A stretch of DNA of 64,000 nucleotides from Spirochaetia bacterium (lineage in GTDB: Bacteria > Spirochaetota > Spirochaetia > UBA9216), in NCBI GenBank assembly GCA_965140585.1, contig OZ223264.1:864001-928000 (forward strand), read 5' to 3'. The notes beneath the pieces are model-generated. The model saw only the letters and a list, made by a program, of their open reading frames with translations. It ran no database searches and was not told where the DNA came from. Below are positions 49,654 through 59,996 of this stretch, in pieces. The position numbers were made by a program, and so were the translations under genes. Every line of letters starts with the position of its first letter. Positions within the stretch are counted from its first letter, which is position 1.

Positions 49654-51174
49654 CTATTTCTGGGTTTTTCTGAATTTATCAAGCATAACTCTAGGTGTCA
49701 TTGTAGGTCGTTCATATCTGGGGATGTCGTCATTTATACCTGCGAGATATTTTCCAATATCAAGCAGCGGTTTCAGATCGTATCTGGACATCATCGTGAT
49801 TGTTTCCATCAGCGGAGAGCCGCCGCCGTGTACGCCTGCTACCATTTCAGCTCCGCTGAAGGGTGAACAGAGCTTGTTTTCCATCATCCTGAAGGTTCTG
49901 TGAGCATCCTCGGCTGAGTATTCAGGATTTCGTTTGGTGTATTTGGCAACAAGTTCCGCGGTTTCCGGATCGTAATAGGACTCTTCAGTAGGCAGTGATG
50001 CACTGATGCCTCCGGCAAGGTCTGCAAGAATTGAATACTCATTGTAGATTTCGCTTCCTGCAAGTCTTCTTCCGGCATTTGTCAAAATCTCGTCCGGAAC
50101 CCATGACCCATTGGGGAACTTCACTGCCCGGTACGCGCTGGCCTGTCCTGCTGCGAAAACAAGTTCGGCAGTTCCGATTATGTGGGATATCTTCTCCTGG
50201 ACATGGTCTTTCTTGAGGATTCCGTTCACATCTGCAACGAGTGTTGCCTGTGATGCCAGAACTTCGGATACGGCAGTTTTGCAGCCGGTGTATGAGTGTC
50301 TGTGAAAGTGGGCGAACATAAGGGCAAGGTAGCCTGCATACTGTACATTGTCCGGATTCTCAAGACCGTTTAGAAAGATTCTGTCGTTAGGGACAAATAC
50401 ATCATCAAAGATTGTCAGGGATTCTACATCGCCGACCTCGGCAACAGGAGCATTCAGTTTGCTTCGTTTTGCCTGAAGTCCGGGAAGTCCCATGATCTTG
50501 ATGCCGTCCCAGTCTGCCGGAAGTGCAAATGCAACTGCGTATGCAGCATCTTTTGAGCCCATGAATCTTGTAGGAAGGGCGATTATTTCATCGGTGTAGG
50601 GTGCAATTGAGTTACAGACCTTTGCTCCGCGTACAACGATACCATCGTCGCGTACTTCTACAATTCTGAGGTATTGATCCGGATCCGGCTGTTCATGCGG
50701 CCGTAATCCTCTGACACCCTTAACGTCAGTCTGTGCACAGTTGCATGTAAGGTCCTTTTCCTGGCAGAAAGCCAGGTACTTATTGAGTCTGTCATAGTAC
50801 TTAGTGCCGTTTGCCTGGTCACAGTCATATGTAACTACTGAAAGGGCATTAAGTGCGTCAGTTCCCATACATCTCTGGATACATCCGCCTACTCTGTGAC
50901 AGAGAAGTTTTGTCATAAGCTGTTTGTTCAGCAGGTCGTCAACCGACTGGTGAATGTGCGTGAACCTGTTTATCTTTTCACCGGTAAGATGTGAAGTTGC
51001 TGTACATACATCTTCATATTTTGGATCATGAGCGCAGTCATATGTCTGTTTGATTACATACAGACCGCCTCTCATGAAATCTCCGTCACGTCCAACCTTT
51101 TCTCCATTGATATAGATATTCGGTTTCATTTTAAAAAGTCTTTCTTTATATTCTTCGAATGTTCCTAATCCCAT
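49654..51174 (-). CDS. 4-hydroxybutyryl-CoA dehydratase-like FAD/[4Fe-4S] protein (AbfD/HpaB family)
   Basis: CIQRCMG and HRHSYTGCK (AbfD-type cluster ligands), QTDVKG.R, DPDQYL.IV, GIVVRGAK, DLAGG, HGGGSP. Confidence 0.85.
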   Translation of the reverse strand: MGLGTFEEYKERLFKMKPNIYINGEKVGRDGDFMRGGLYVIKQTYDCAHDPKYEDVCTATSHLTGEKINRFTHIHQSVDDLLNKQLMTKLLCHRVGGCIQRCMGTDALNALSVVTYDCDQANGTKYYDRLNKYLAFCQEKDLTCNCAQTDVKGVRGLRPHEQPDPDQYLRIVEVRDDGIVVRGAKVCNSIAPYTDEIIALPTRFMGSKDAAYAVAFALPADWDGIKIMGLPGLQAKRSKLNAPVAEVGDVESLTIFDDVFVPNDRIFLNGLENPDNVQYAGYLALMFAHFHRHSYTGCKTAVSEVLASQATLVADVNGILKKDHVQEKISHIIGTAELVFAAGQASAYRAVKFPNGSWVPDEILTNAGRRLAGSEIYNEYSILADLAGGISASLPTEESYYDPETAELVAKYTKRNPEYSAEDAHRTFRMMENKLCSPFSGAEMVAGVHGGGSPLMETITMMSRYDLKPLLDIGKYLAGINDDIPRYERPTMTPRVMLDKFRKTQK

Positions 51175-51350
51175 TGTATGTCTCCTAAGATAATAATAAG
51201 TTATGAAGTTATAATAATATAGAATGAACTGGTGAGGAAAGCAAGAGGGTAGGAGAGGCTTATAAGCAGAATATGTTTCAATTGCTGTATTTCCGCATTA
51301 TGGGGTGATATCGGAGGAGTATTTTTTTAGTAATCCAAGGGGTTAAAATT

Positions 51351-52247
51351 CTATATCAAATTCCACTTTTTCCGTTTCGGGTAGCGGTGATATTTCCGGT
51401 CGGTATAGCCCAGGGTGAAGACCAGACCCACACTTCGGTTGTCGGGTATGCCGGTAAATTTTCTTATTTTTTTATTTTTCAGCACAACCTCGGCAAAACC
51501 TATCATGCATGAACCGATACCCCTTGCCTCGGCCGTGAGCATCATATTCTGCCCGGCAAGTGCGCAGTCGGTTCTTCCAAAACGCTCCGAACCTTTGGGG
51601 TAGGTGAGTATTACCACGCATGGAGAATTGAAAAATAAGGGGTCTGACTCTCCCTTTACGGCAGAGCTGAGTCTAGAGTAATAGCTGGTCAGTTTGCTTT
51701 TTGCAGAATACCGCTTTAAGCCGATCAGTTTAAGAACAAGCCGGCCGGCAGGGTTGTTTGCTGTTTTAACGACCCGGTACATTAGGCCGATCATTGCCTT
51801 CTGTACGGCAGCAAGATGAGCATCTCTTAGTATCACAGCAGAAACCTGGCAGGTATTGCTTGCTGTGGGACTCATATATCCTGCTTTTATAACAGCCTGC
51901 AGATCCTCTGCGGGTACCTCTTTCTGCCGGTAGCTTCGTATTGAGCGTTTTCCAAGTATAAGCTTATCGGCTGCAGAGATAAGTTCCTGCTGATTGATGG
52001 ATGAAACAGGATATGTTTCGAACTGTTCTCCATCTGTACGTACAGCACCCGCAGCGCATATTGCACCGCAATGTCCGCACTGCATGCATAGAGAATTATC
52101 TATTTCTGAAAATGCAGCTTTTTTGTCAATATTAATTACCTGCTGCGGGCAGTCTAAGGCACATAAGCCGCAGAATGTACATGAACTATTGTCTATTGTG
52201 AAAATCAATTTCAGGTCCTGAGTTATTTTTTTCTTTTCCGGGGGCAA
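51351..52247 (-). CDS. Nitroreductase family protein with N-terminal 2x[4Fe-4S] ferredoxin
   Basis: CTFCGLCALDCP, CMQCGHCGAIC, RSIRSY, PTASN, NMML.A...GIGSC.IG; AGGAG before TTG. Confidence 0.9.
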   Translation of the reverse strand: MPPEKKKITQDLKLIFTIDNSSCTFCGLCALDCPQQVINIDKKAAFSEIDNSLCMQCGHCGAICAAGAVRTDGEQFETYPVSSINQQELISAADKLILGKRSIRSYRQKEVPAEDLQAVIKAGYMSPTASNTCQVSAVILRDAHLAAVQKAMIGLMYRVVKTANNPAGRLVLKLIGLKRYSAKSKLTSYYSRLSSAVKGESDPLFFNSPCVVILTYPKGSERFGRTDCALAGQNMMLTAEARGIGSCMIGFAEVVLKNKKIRKFTGIPDNRSVGLVFTLGYTDRKYHRYPKRKKWNLI

Positions 52248-52330
52248 GTTTGCTCCTGTAAAAACTTCTATTCCATATTAACACGGAAGAGAAGTTTCTA
52301 ACAGTTTTCAGCCTGCTTTTGGAGGATTTA

Positions 52331-54094
52331 TCAGTACTTATTAAGGTAAAGTCTGTAATCTCCGGTACGGAAATATCCGTAGTGGGAGGCCTCTATGCTG
52401 TAGGTTCCAGGGCCCAGCGTTCTTGAGATATAGGAGTTAAGTCCGTAACCGTCGAAGCCCGAGTCATCATTATAGGCTATGCGGTTTGAAGATGAAGGTG
52501 TCGCCCCGCTGTACAGGTAGAGATAAGTGTCAAAACTTCTTGAGCCGTAGTAGCCGTTTAATCCAATTTGAACTGTTGATGTAGAGCTGAGAGTAAATAC
52601 CCAAACGTCTGCATACTTGCTTGAGGAACTTACAGATATACTGTCACTGGTGGTGAGTTCTCCGTAATTGTAGCCCCATGAAGCGTAACCGCTTGTAACT
52701 GGTGCATATGTAACAGAACTCTGAGCCGGTGAGCTGTAGAGAGTGTCGTCATCTCTTGCGTATACGCTATAATACCAGGTTCCTGCAGATGCAAGACTGT
52801 CTGAAGCTGATGTCCCGGTTCCTCCGGAATAAACTGTTGTTGCACTGCTGTCGGAAACTGAAGCGGCGTAGCTTCCCGATTTCTTTAATACAATTATTTC
52901 AGCAAGATCGGCATCGCCCGGGTTTGTCCAGGAAAGCGATACATTTCCATTTGATTCCAAAGCTGCGAAGGATGAGGGAGTCCCCGGTGCAAGGGTGTCT
53001 GCAGGTGTTGAAGAAATATAGGCTGCTGGTCCGTAATAATAGGTGCCGGAGCTTTCCGTATATGGAAAGACTGTATAGTTGCGGTTAATTCCATTGGTCA
53101 GCCCGGTATGTGCATAGCCTGTTCCAGTTCCCCTGTAGAGTTCAGTGCCTTCAGCTGCAGACTGCGGTGACACAGAAGTGGATGAAACCAGCACTACCCC
53201 GTCAAACCATGTCCCTGAGGGGTTGACCCAGCTCAGATCTACCCTGTTATCCGAACCAGAGGCGGTGAGTGTGCTTACCGCAGGCATCAGGTCCACACTG
53301 AATTCGTTCAATAGTGTTCCACCGGGGATTATTTCCGAGCTCAGAGTTACTGCCGCTGCTGTATTGGAGTCTGTAAGGGCTGTCAGGCTGATGCCTTCAA
53401 AGCTTATCCTGCCTGATTCTGCATCACTGAAGCTTAGGGATGTCTGCACCGAAGCGGAATCTGCTCCGTTTGATTGTGTTGAAAACGTGAGAGAAATAGT
53501 AGGTATGGGTTCTCCGGAAGGATTATTCGGCCACTCGGTAACGTTAACATAACCGTCAACGCTGTAGTTGAACATGCTGTTCTGTGAGGCCGCCGGAGGT
53601 ACGGTGATATTTGTAAACTTAACTATGGGTAGGTTTGCAGGCTGATAAAGCGAAAGCGATATTGCCGCGGATAAAGCTGTTGTTGCCGAGGCTGTAAGTG
53701 TTCTTTTGCCGTATGCGACAACCTCGCCGGCAGCATCAAGCCCGAATGCTTCCAGTTCAAGCAATGTATTAACCGGTACTGATGCATCTATTACAAAGTT
53801 TCCTGACTCATCAGCTGTGTCCGGGATCTTTGAAATCAGATCTTCGCTGCCGCCCGATCTTCGTACAGAAAGGCTTACACGTGAAATCTCCACCTCGGTT
53901 ACAGCTCTTGAAAAGTTGTAGACTGAGGTCGGAATTGTGATGCTTACCTGTCCCAGCTCCTCGGTTTCAGTTGCAGTACCATCATCAGTACCGTCTATCG
54001 GATCAAGAGTACAGCCTGCCATTGACAAAATGATCAGATATATAATAGTAAAAACTAAAAAATTCTTATTTAGACGTAAGGTTGACAACCGCAT
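52331..54094 (-). CDS. Secreted Ser/Thr-rich lipoprotein with two Fn3-like domains and a C-terminal PPC-like domain
   Basis: GGAGG RBS, lipobox MAGC, V.LSW.NP twice, and YADVW.F..FDTYLYLY..IAYNDDSG..NS.I...L.PGTY.IEA. Confidence 0.75.
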   Translation of the reverse strand: MRLSTLRLNKNFLVFTIIYLIILSMAGCTLDPIDGTDDGTATETEELGQVSITIPTSVYNFSRAVTEVEISRVSLSVRRSGGSEDLISKIPDTADESGNFVIDASVPVNTLLELEAFGLDAAGEVVAYGKRTLTASATTALSAAISLSLYQPANLPIVKFTNITVPPAASQNSMFNYSVDGYVNVTEWPNNPSGEPIPTISLTFSTQSNGADSASVQTSLSFSDAESGRISFEGISLTALTDSNTAAAVTLSSEIIPGGTLLNEFSVDLMPAVSTLTASGSDNRVDLSWVNPSGTWFDGVVLVSSTSVSPQSAAEGTELYRGTGTGYAHTGLTNGINRNYTVFPYTESSGTYYYGPAAYISSTPADTLAPGTPSSFAALESNGNVSLSWTNPGDADLAEIIVLKKSGSYAASVSDSSATTVYSGGTGTSASDSLASAGTWYYSVYARDDDTLYSSPAQSSVTYAPVTSGYASWGYNYGELTTSDSISVSSSSKYADVWVFTLSSTSTVQIGLNGYYGSRSFDTYLYLYSGATPSSSNRIAYNDDSGFDGYGLNSYISRTLGPGTYSIEASHYGYFRTGDYRLYLNKY

Positions 54095-56774
54095 CCCAGT
54101 CCTCCCCCGGGTCGTTTTTAAGATATTCCCGGCTTAGATCCAGAAATTTTAAAGACGGTCCGTCGTTTTCATTGATTTTAAGGCAGTTCTCAAAACTGCT
54201 GACAGCTGAACTGAAATCCCTGTTTTCATATGCACTTAATCCTGATTCAAATATTTCTACAATTTCTGTTTCTTCTGAAGATGCGTCTTTTCTGAATTCA
54301 ACAAGTTCAAAAAGTCTGACCGGGGTATTGATTCCCACAACTCTTACCCTGTCGAGTTTTCGTGAAAGAAAACCGTCTCCTATATGGCTGTGTGTTTCTT
54401 CACTTGTGAGGATCCAGGTCCCATACTGCTTGTTGACGCCTTCAAGCCTTGCAGAAAGGTTTACTGCGTTGCCCATCATTGTATAGTTCATCTTGCGTAC
54501 GGTACCCATATTACCTACAACCATATCTCCGCTGTTGATTCCAATCCTTGTTAGAAGGGGACCTGGCGTCATCTGATTTGCCAGGAACTCTTTATTCAGC
54601 TTCTGCTCTATCCGTTTCATCAGAATAGCACTGGAGCAGGCACGGAGTGCATGATCCTTAAGTTCTATCGGTGCTCCGAAAAAGGCAATGATTGCATCAC
54701 CCTCGTATTTGTCTATTGTCCCCTTATAGTCCAGCACAACATCACTCATCTCGCCAAGGTAGCGGTTTAGAAGAGTTACAAGCTCTGCCGGTGTCAGCTG
54801 TTCCGATATAGTTGAAAAGCCCTTCACATCGGTAAACATTGCGGTAAGGTAGCGCTGCTCTCCGCCGAGAGAGAGTTTATCCGGATCGTCGAGTACTTCA
54901 CTTATTACATCCTCCGAGAGGTAATGGGAAAAAGCATCTTTTATAAAACCTTTTTCAGCCTCTGCAGCTCTGAACTTGATGATTGTAAAAGCTGCATAAA
55001 CAACGGCTGTATTTATCAGCAGATCAACAGGTGATATAAAGATTCCAAGATTTATCAAAATCAAAAGGCTTATCGATACTCCTGCAGCTGCAAGTGCAAC
55101 ACTTATCAGTCCGGAAAGTACAGGCCCCCGGGATCTGATGAGAAATGCAAGAGCAAAGCTCAGCAGCATTGAAATTGCCGATGCCCAGAACCAGGGCCTG
55201 TCGTCAATAAAGCCGGCATTGAGTATGGTATTGGCCACTGCAGCATGCGTTCCAATGTTCACATATTCTCCCGAGAAAGGGTTAACTCCGATATCTGTTG
55301 TTCCGGTTGCAGCATTACCTATTACTGCAAACTTACCTCCCAGGGCTTCACGGAAATAACTTCGGTTCTCAGCCAGTCTTTCCGCCTGGCTTATAACAGC
55401 TTTGCGCCATACGGGATAATCATTTTTGATAAACAGAGCATCCTCTTCGCTAACTGCTCCTGATGCGAGTCCTGCTTCAAGCCTGGAAAGAAAGTCTTTT
55501 TCCAGCTCGTCTGAAAGGTAGTTCTCTATTTCTGTTATGAATCTGTCGATTCCGCTGCTGTATTTCTGAAGCAGTTCCCTGTTTGAGCTGTAAACAGCGC
55601 TGCGTCTTTCCTCCGAAAGTTTCAGGGCAAGTGAAGCAAGAGGTGTTTCTCCCGTATACTCATCAAGATATCCCCAGTCATCCCTGATTCTGATATTTCT
55701 GAACAGTGATGTAATAAGATTGTTAGTTTCAAGGATAAGGCCGAAAGATATGTGGCTGAAGCTGTCAAAGTAATCGGCATGCGGCCAGTTGATAAGCATG
55801 CTCCCGCTGCCTGTCCGGGGAATTACTATTGTCTCCGGTACGTCCGGGTATCTGGAATTAATTCCGCTTATGATAATTTTACTCTTGCTTACTTCAACAG
55901 AGGGGTTTCCGAGTACCGACATCAGCGGTGTGAATACAAGCTGGCCGTATATTTTCCCGTCGTAGCTCTGCAGCAGATCAACACGCCGTCTTACTCCGTC
56001 ACTGTCGATTATTACATTTGGGAATCCGGCACCTGCTGATCTTGTTATTACAGGTTCAATTGTAGGCATTATTGAGGAGGCTGAAGGAATTGAATCAACA
56101 GCACCCGAAATGTTTTTAAGGCTTATGTTTTCCGTGTAGTATCTTTTAAGATCGGGATCGATATTTATCAGCACACCCGGTGCAAGGTTTACGGTAAAAA
56201 ATGCTGAGCCCAGCAGTTCTCCTGCACGGCCCAGGTACTCATCACTGTTAGCGGCAAGATCACTGTAGGTATCAAGAAGTCTTCTTTCAGTTTTCTTAAA
56301 CTCATCCTGCAGATCCGGAAGGTAGTATTCCAGTTCACTCCGGTCAAGCCTTCCCTCTGCTGCGGCTTTAAGCAGTGACGACACTGTGGTTTCCAGTGAG
56401 TTGAGCATGGATGAACTGCTTTCTGGAAGGATGTTATTAAGAAGCTCTTCATCTACTGTGGAGGGGCTTAAATCTACGTATTCAATATCAAATACAAGTA
56501 CATCAAGTCCCATTTCGGCCATGAAAATAACAGCATCGGCAGTAAGATCACGCCTTATAGGCCATGTCCCTGCATAATCTATTGCACGGTCATCTACGTC
56601 GATAAAGATGATCTCATCGCGTGCAGGCAGTTCCGGTGAAAGCTTCAGTCCTGTGTCATAGGCCATACCGTCCAGAAAACTCAAAAGGCCGGTAACTGAC
56701 AGCAGCGCTGCAGCTACGGATACAATAAGGGGAGTCAGTATAGTTGTTTTTAATGCGACCTGCGGTTTGCTCAC
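54066..56774 (-). CDS. CHASE2-domain class III adenylate/guanylate cyclase (likely adenylate)
   Basis: IDVDD.A....G.WP..R, FDIEY, D.DGVRRRV, G.HA..ANTIL, three TMs, FSHYLS, FTDVKGFSTISE, DKYEGDA, RIGIN.G, G.AVNL.ARLE, C-terminal TPR-like tail. Confidence 0.92.
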   Translation of the reverse strand: MSKPQVALKTTILTPLIVSVAAALLSVTGLLSFLDGMAYDTGLKLSPELPARDEIIFIDVDDRAIDYAGTWPIRRDLTADAVIFMAEMGLDVLVFDIEYVDLSPSTVDEELLNNILPESSSSMLNSLETTVSSLLKAAAEGRLDRSELEYYLPDLQDEFKKTERRLLDTYSDLAANSDEYLGRAGELLGSAFFTVNLAPGVLINIDPDLKRYYTENISLKNISGAVDSIPSASSIMPTIEPVITRSAGAGFPNVIIDSDGVRRRVDLLQSYDGKIYGQLVFTPLMSVLGNPSVEVSKSKIIISGINSRYPDVPETIVIPRTGSGSMLINWPHADYFDSFSHISFGLILETNNLITSLFRNIRIRDDWGYLDEYTGETPLASLALKLSEERRSAVYSSNRELLQKYSSGIDRFITEIENYLSDELEKDFLSRLEAGLASGAVSEEDALFIKNDYPVWRKAVISQAERLAENRSYFREALGGKFAVIGNAATGTTDIGVNPFSGEYVNIGTHAAVANTILNAGFIDDRPWFWASAISMLLSFALAFLIRSRGPVLSGLISVALAAAGVSISLLILINLGIFISPVDLLINTAVVYAAFTIIKFRAAEAEKGFIKDAFSHYLSEDVISEVLDDPDKLSLGGEQRYLTAMFTDVKGFSTISEQLTPAELVTLLNRYLGEMSDVVLDYKGTIDKYEGDAIIAFFGAPIELKDHALRACSSAILMKRIEQKLNKEFLANQMTPGPLLTRIGINSGDMVVGNMGTVRKMNYTMMGNAVNLSARLEGVNKQYGTWILTSEETHSHIGDGFLSRKLDRVRVVGINTPVRLFELVEFRKDASSEETEIVEIFESGLSAYENRDFSSAVSSFENCLKINENDGPSLKFLDLSREYLKNDPGEDWDAVVNLTSK

Positions 56775-56798
56775 TCCATTCTCCCCCTTTTTTCACTT

Positions 56799-58253
56799 TT
56801 AGTTAGCCCCTTCAAATACTATCAGGCCGTTCGTCCCGTCGCCTGCTGCCGGAAATGAATTACTGTCGAGTTCCATTCTGACATGGCTCCATGCATAGGC
56901 TGCCGAATCATTTGAATCACCGAACTCTGCGTCAAATGCAAGCAGATAAAGTTCTGCTTCAAGTCCGGTATTATCAAAAAGGCTTCCGTTTACTGAAAAT
57001 TCACCGGGACCGAATCCGGCTGCAGGATAGCTTCCGTCTGTATCGGTACCTGTTCCTTCTTCAATGATAGTGTCTGCCGAAGCCAGAATCAAATCCAGTT
57101 CAGGTGAAACAGTTTCCCTGGAATTTTCGGTTCCGAGGGCTGAAGTAATCCCTGATACCCATTCTGACCAGTTGGAATAGGCTGAACCGGCTGGAACTTC
57201 TGTTCCTGCAAGGCTGCCGTAGACTGCGGAGTATTCCGCTGATTTCAGTATCCACAGATATCTTATCTGTCCTGCAGTATCATCTGTCACATCGGCCTGC
57301 CAGAGTACAACTCCGTTTTCAGTGTCGTAAAGGTCATAGTACCGTCCTGCGGTGATATTTCTTATCCATGGTGCAAAATTTATATCGAACTGGGTATCAG
57401 AACCAGGATTCATCACAAATGCCTGCCTTAAAACATTGTGCTGCGGATTGGCTATCTCAAGCCAGTAAAGTCTGTTATACCAGTCAGTTACACTATCTCC
57501 GTCATCATCGGGAAAGAGATAGCTGAGAGTGATATCGGAGCCTGTGCTCTGGTTAAGCTGGGTTGTGGTTTCATCAAACAGAATTGATGACTCGGGAAGG
57601 CTTTCGTCATATGAAAACGATGTTTCAGAAACATTACCGTTATCATCAATTATTCTCCAGTACCATCTTTCATAGGAAGTTGACCCGTCATCAAGAAGAG
57701 TTTCTCCGTAGTCGTTGAAATCAATCGATAGTTCAGCTGTGTTGAGGTTTGATGTCATTCTGTTAATTCTGGGCAGTCTCTGCAGACTTCCGTCATCATA
57801 CTGATTGAGGGCAAGATAGATTGAGGCGGCAGCAGAGGATATGAATTTTGTTGTTGACCCGGAGAACAGCAGTACATCGTAGCCTGATGTGTCGGCTACT
57901 TCCCAGTCGATTAACTCATAATAATGAGATGTTTCGTTTCCGTAGGCAAAAGCTTCTATAGTAAGGTCTGTCATTGTTGGAATATCGGGGGCTTCACCGA
58001 GCCATCCAGATTCAGGATCAAGGGTCATGGATGCTACAAGGTTCTCACCCTCTGTGGTATAGACATAGACATCAATCCTTGATACATCGTCTATTGTTCC
58101 GTAGTAACCTCTGGATTCAAACTGATGTGCGGCAGATATTGTCAGGCTCGCTCTGTCTGCCGGCTGAAGCGAACATGACACCAGTGCAACAACTGTTAAA
58201 ACTGCAATCAGTATGCCTGTACCTGATATATTTCTTCTGTTAGTCATATCCAT
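56799..58253 (-). CDS. Acidic lipoprotein of unknown function
   Basis: 484-aa ORF with RBS, lipobox LVSC, Asp/Glu- and aromatic-rich beta-type sequence. Confidence 0.72.
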   Translation of the reverse strand: MDMTNRRNISGTGILIAVLTVVALVSCSLQPADRASLTISAAHQFESRGYYGTIDDVSRIDVYVYTTEGENLVASMTLDPESGWLGEAPDIPTMTDLTIEAFAYGNETSHYYELIDWEVADTSGYDVLLFSGSTTKFISSAAASIYLALNQYDDGSLQRLPRINRMTSNLNTAELSIDFNDYGETLLDDGSTSYERWYWRIIDDNGNVSETSFSYDESLPESSILFDETTTQLNQSTGSDITLSYLFPDDDGDSVTDWYNRLYWLEIANPQHNVLRQAFVMNPGSDTQFDINFAPWIRNITAGRYYDLYDTENGVVLWQADVTDDTAGQIRYLWILKSAEYSAVYGSLAGTEVPAGSAYSNWSEWVSGITSALGTENSRETVSPELDLILASADTIIEEGTGTDTDGSYPAAGFGPGEFSVNGSLFDNTGLEAELYLLAFDAEFGDSNDSAAYAWSHVRMELDSNSFPAAGDGTNGLIVFEGAN

Positions 58254-58259
58254 CCCCCT

Positions 58260-59996
58260 CTATCTGACAGAAACCACGACAGGAGCAGACTCCTGTATGG
58301 AATTAGTCGTAACGGCTTCGGTAAAGCCGATTTGAACATTCAGCTTTGCAAATTCAGGAATACTTACCTCCTGAATGCCATTTTCCTGCACTACTGCTGT
58401 TTCCTTTGAAATACCGGTAGCTTCGCCGCTGCCCGAAACAGCAACTTCAGCGCTTTCCCCGGTTTCTACAAGTACTTCATCGCCGGTATCTTCTGCCGGT
58501 GTTTCTTCAGCGATGTCTTCATCGCTATTTTCTGCTTCTGCTGACTGATCGGCTGCATCCTCGCTCTTTGATTCCTCTTCCCCGGCGGCTTCAGCTGCTT
58601 CTCTTGGTTTCTGCTTGTCACGCTGTATATTTCTGCTTGGAGGTCCAATTTTTAGCGCTACCTTACCTTCAAAAACCCTGAGGTTCAGTCCGTCAAAGCT
58701 GAATTCTGTTCCTCTGACAGAAGCAGTTGCATGCGGTGCCATGACCTTGAAATCATGAGCACCCTCGCTTGCATCAACCTTTGCTTTGACCGAACCTACT
58801 CTCATGAAGAGACTCGTCTGCTGAACACCGCCGTTCGAGGAAAGGGCATCAAGGGTCACCCTGCTCATCGGAGAAACTGATATGACTGAATCACCGAGCT
58901 GGATTTCCGCTGAAGCCCCAAAGCCTGTGGCAACAGTATCACTTAGGTCCAGAGCCATTCCATTCTGGAGGCTCATCCATTCACCTGAATATTTCTGAAC
59001 TTCAACCTTTCCCTTAATGCTTTTAACAACAGCAGAAGGCTGAGCTTCATTTACGAATATTTTTAAAGCGGCGGTTGTCACATTCTGTCCATCGCTTACT
59101 GCAACTTTAATCTGGTAGTCCCGGCCCTTTTCAGGAAATCTGGAAAAGTCGAGGTAGGCTGATGCGCCTTCAGCAGCCCTCTGATCATCAACAAGCCACA
59201 GATACTTCAGCTCACTGCCCTCAGGATCAAGAGCTGAAGCTGTAAGTCTAATGCTTTCTCCATAATCTATTACACTGTAAGGAGCGCTCAATCTAAGTAC
59301 AGGTGCGGAATCCCGTATTTCTTCAGATTCCCTGGTAATTAGACTTGTAAGAAGTATATTGTCAATTTCAGCCTGTTTCGCTGCTATGTTTACAGTACTG
59401 ACTGCTTCTATTGTATTCTCACCGTCTGAAACTCTTACAGATATTGTTGCTGTTCTTTCATAGTCAGTTCTTAGATCAGTTACAAAAACCGGCTCGGTTT
59501 CTCCGGGCTGAAGTCTTCCGTCAACGTACCAACGATAGGCAAGGCTGTCGCCGTCGGGGTCCGTTGCTACTGCTTCAAATCTGCTTCTGTGATCTTCCAG
59601 GGTTTTTGATGTAATCATTGCTGCAGGGTCTCCGTTTCCGGGAGTTATCAGGTAGACCGCACCAATTCCTGTAATCAGCTTGCTGCTCTGATCGAATACC
59701 GCAGCCTGTACAAGACTTGACTGTGTAAGTTTTATTTCATTCCGGTATACAGGAGAGTTTGCTGTAGGAGGTGTTCCGTCGGTTGTGTAATGAATTTCCG
59801 CTCTTCTTATGTTTGTATCAATTCTTACTGCAATTGAACTGTTGTAGTCGCCTGGTTCGGGGTAGAAGGACAGCCCGGAGGAGGCTTTATCAGTTATATC
59901 CGGACTGCACTGTGAAAAGAGAACTACTGCTGCAAGTGATAATACTATGATTGCCGCGTATAAACTGTATGTTCTGTTATCTTCACTTGATCTCAT
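58260..59996 (-). CDS. Exported multi-domain protein: chitobiase-C/Fn3-associated domain, two Ig/PKD-like repeats, FecR domain
   Basis: IHYTTDGTPPT.NSPVY; ATDPDGD.L.Y.W.VDG and ALDPEG..L.Y.W.VDD, each followed by VSDG; G.VEV..W......GD.V.TG-like segment and ATASVRGTEF..V.EGKV (FecR). Possible lipobox FSQC. Confidence 0.8.
   Translation of the reverse strand: MRSSEDNRTYSLYAAIIVLSLAAVVLFSQCSPDITDKASSGLSFYPEPGDYNSSIAVRIDTNIRRAEIHYTTDGTPPTANSPVYRNEIKLTQSSLVQAAVFDQSSKLITGIGAVYLITPGNGDPAAMITSKTLEDHRSRFEAVATDPDGDSLAYRWYVDGRLQPGETEPVFVTDLRTDYERTATISVRVSDGENTIEAVSTVNIAAKQAEIDNILLTSLITRESEEIRDSAPVLRLSAPYSVIDYGESIRLTASALDPEGSELKYLWLVDDQRAAEGASAYLDFSRFPEKGRDYQIKVAVSDGQNVTTAALKIFVNEAQPSAVVKSIKGKVEVQKYSGEWMSLQNGMALDLSDTVATGFGASAEIQLGDSVISVSPMSRVTLDALSSNGGVQQTSLFMRVGSVKAKVDASEGAHDFKVMAPHATASVRGTEFSFDGLNLRVFEGKVALKIGPPSRNIQRDKQKPREAAEAAGEEESKSEDAADQSAEAENSDEDIAEETPAEDTGDEVLVETGESAEVAVSGSGEATGISKETAVVQENGIQEVSIPEFAKLNVQIGFTEAVTTNSIQESAPVVVSVR

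Noticed and set aside
49654-51174. 4-hydroxyphenylacetate 3-monooxygenase HpaB
   Set aside because: It carries the AbfD-type Cys/His cluster ligands and there is no HpaC reductase nearby.
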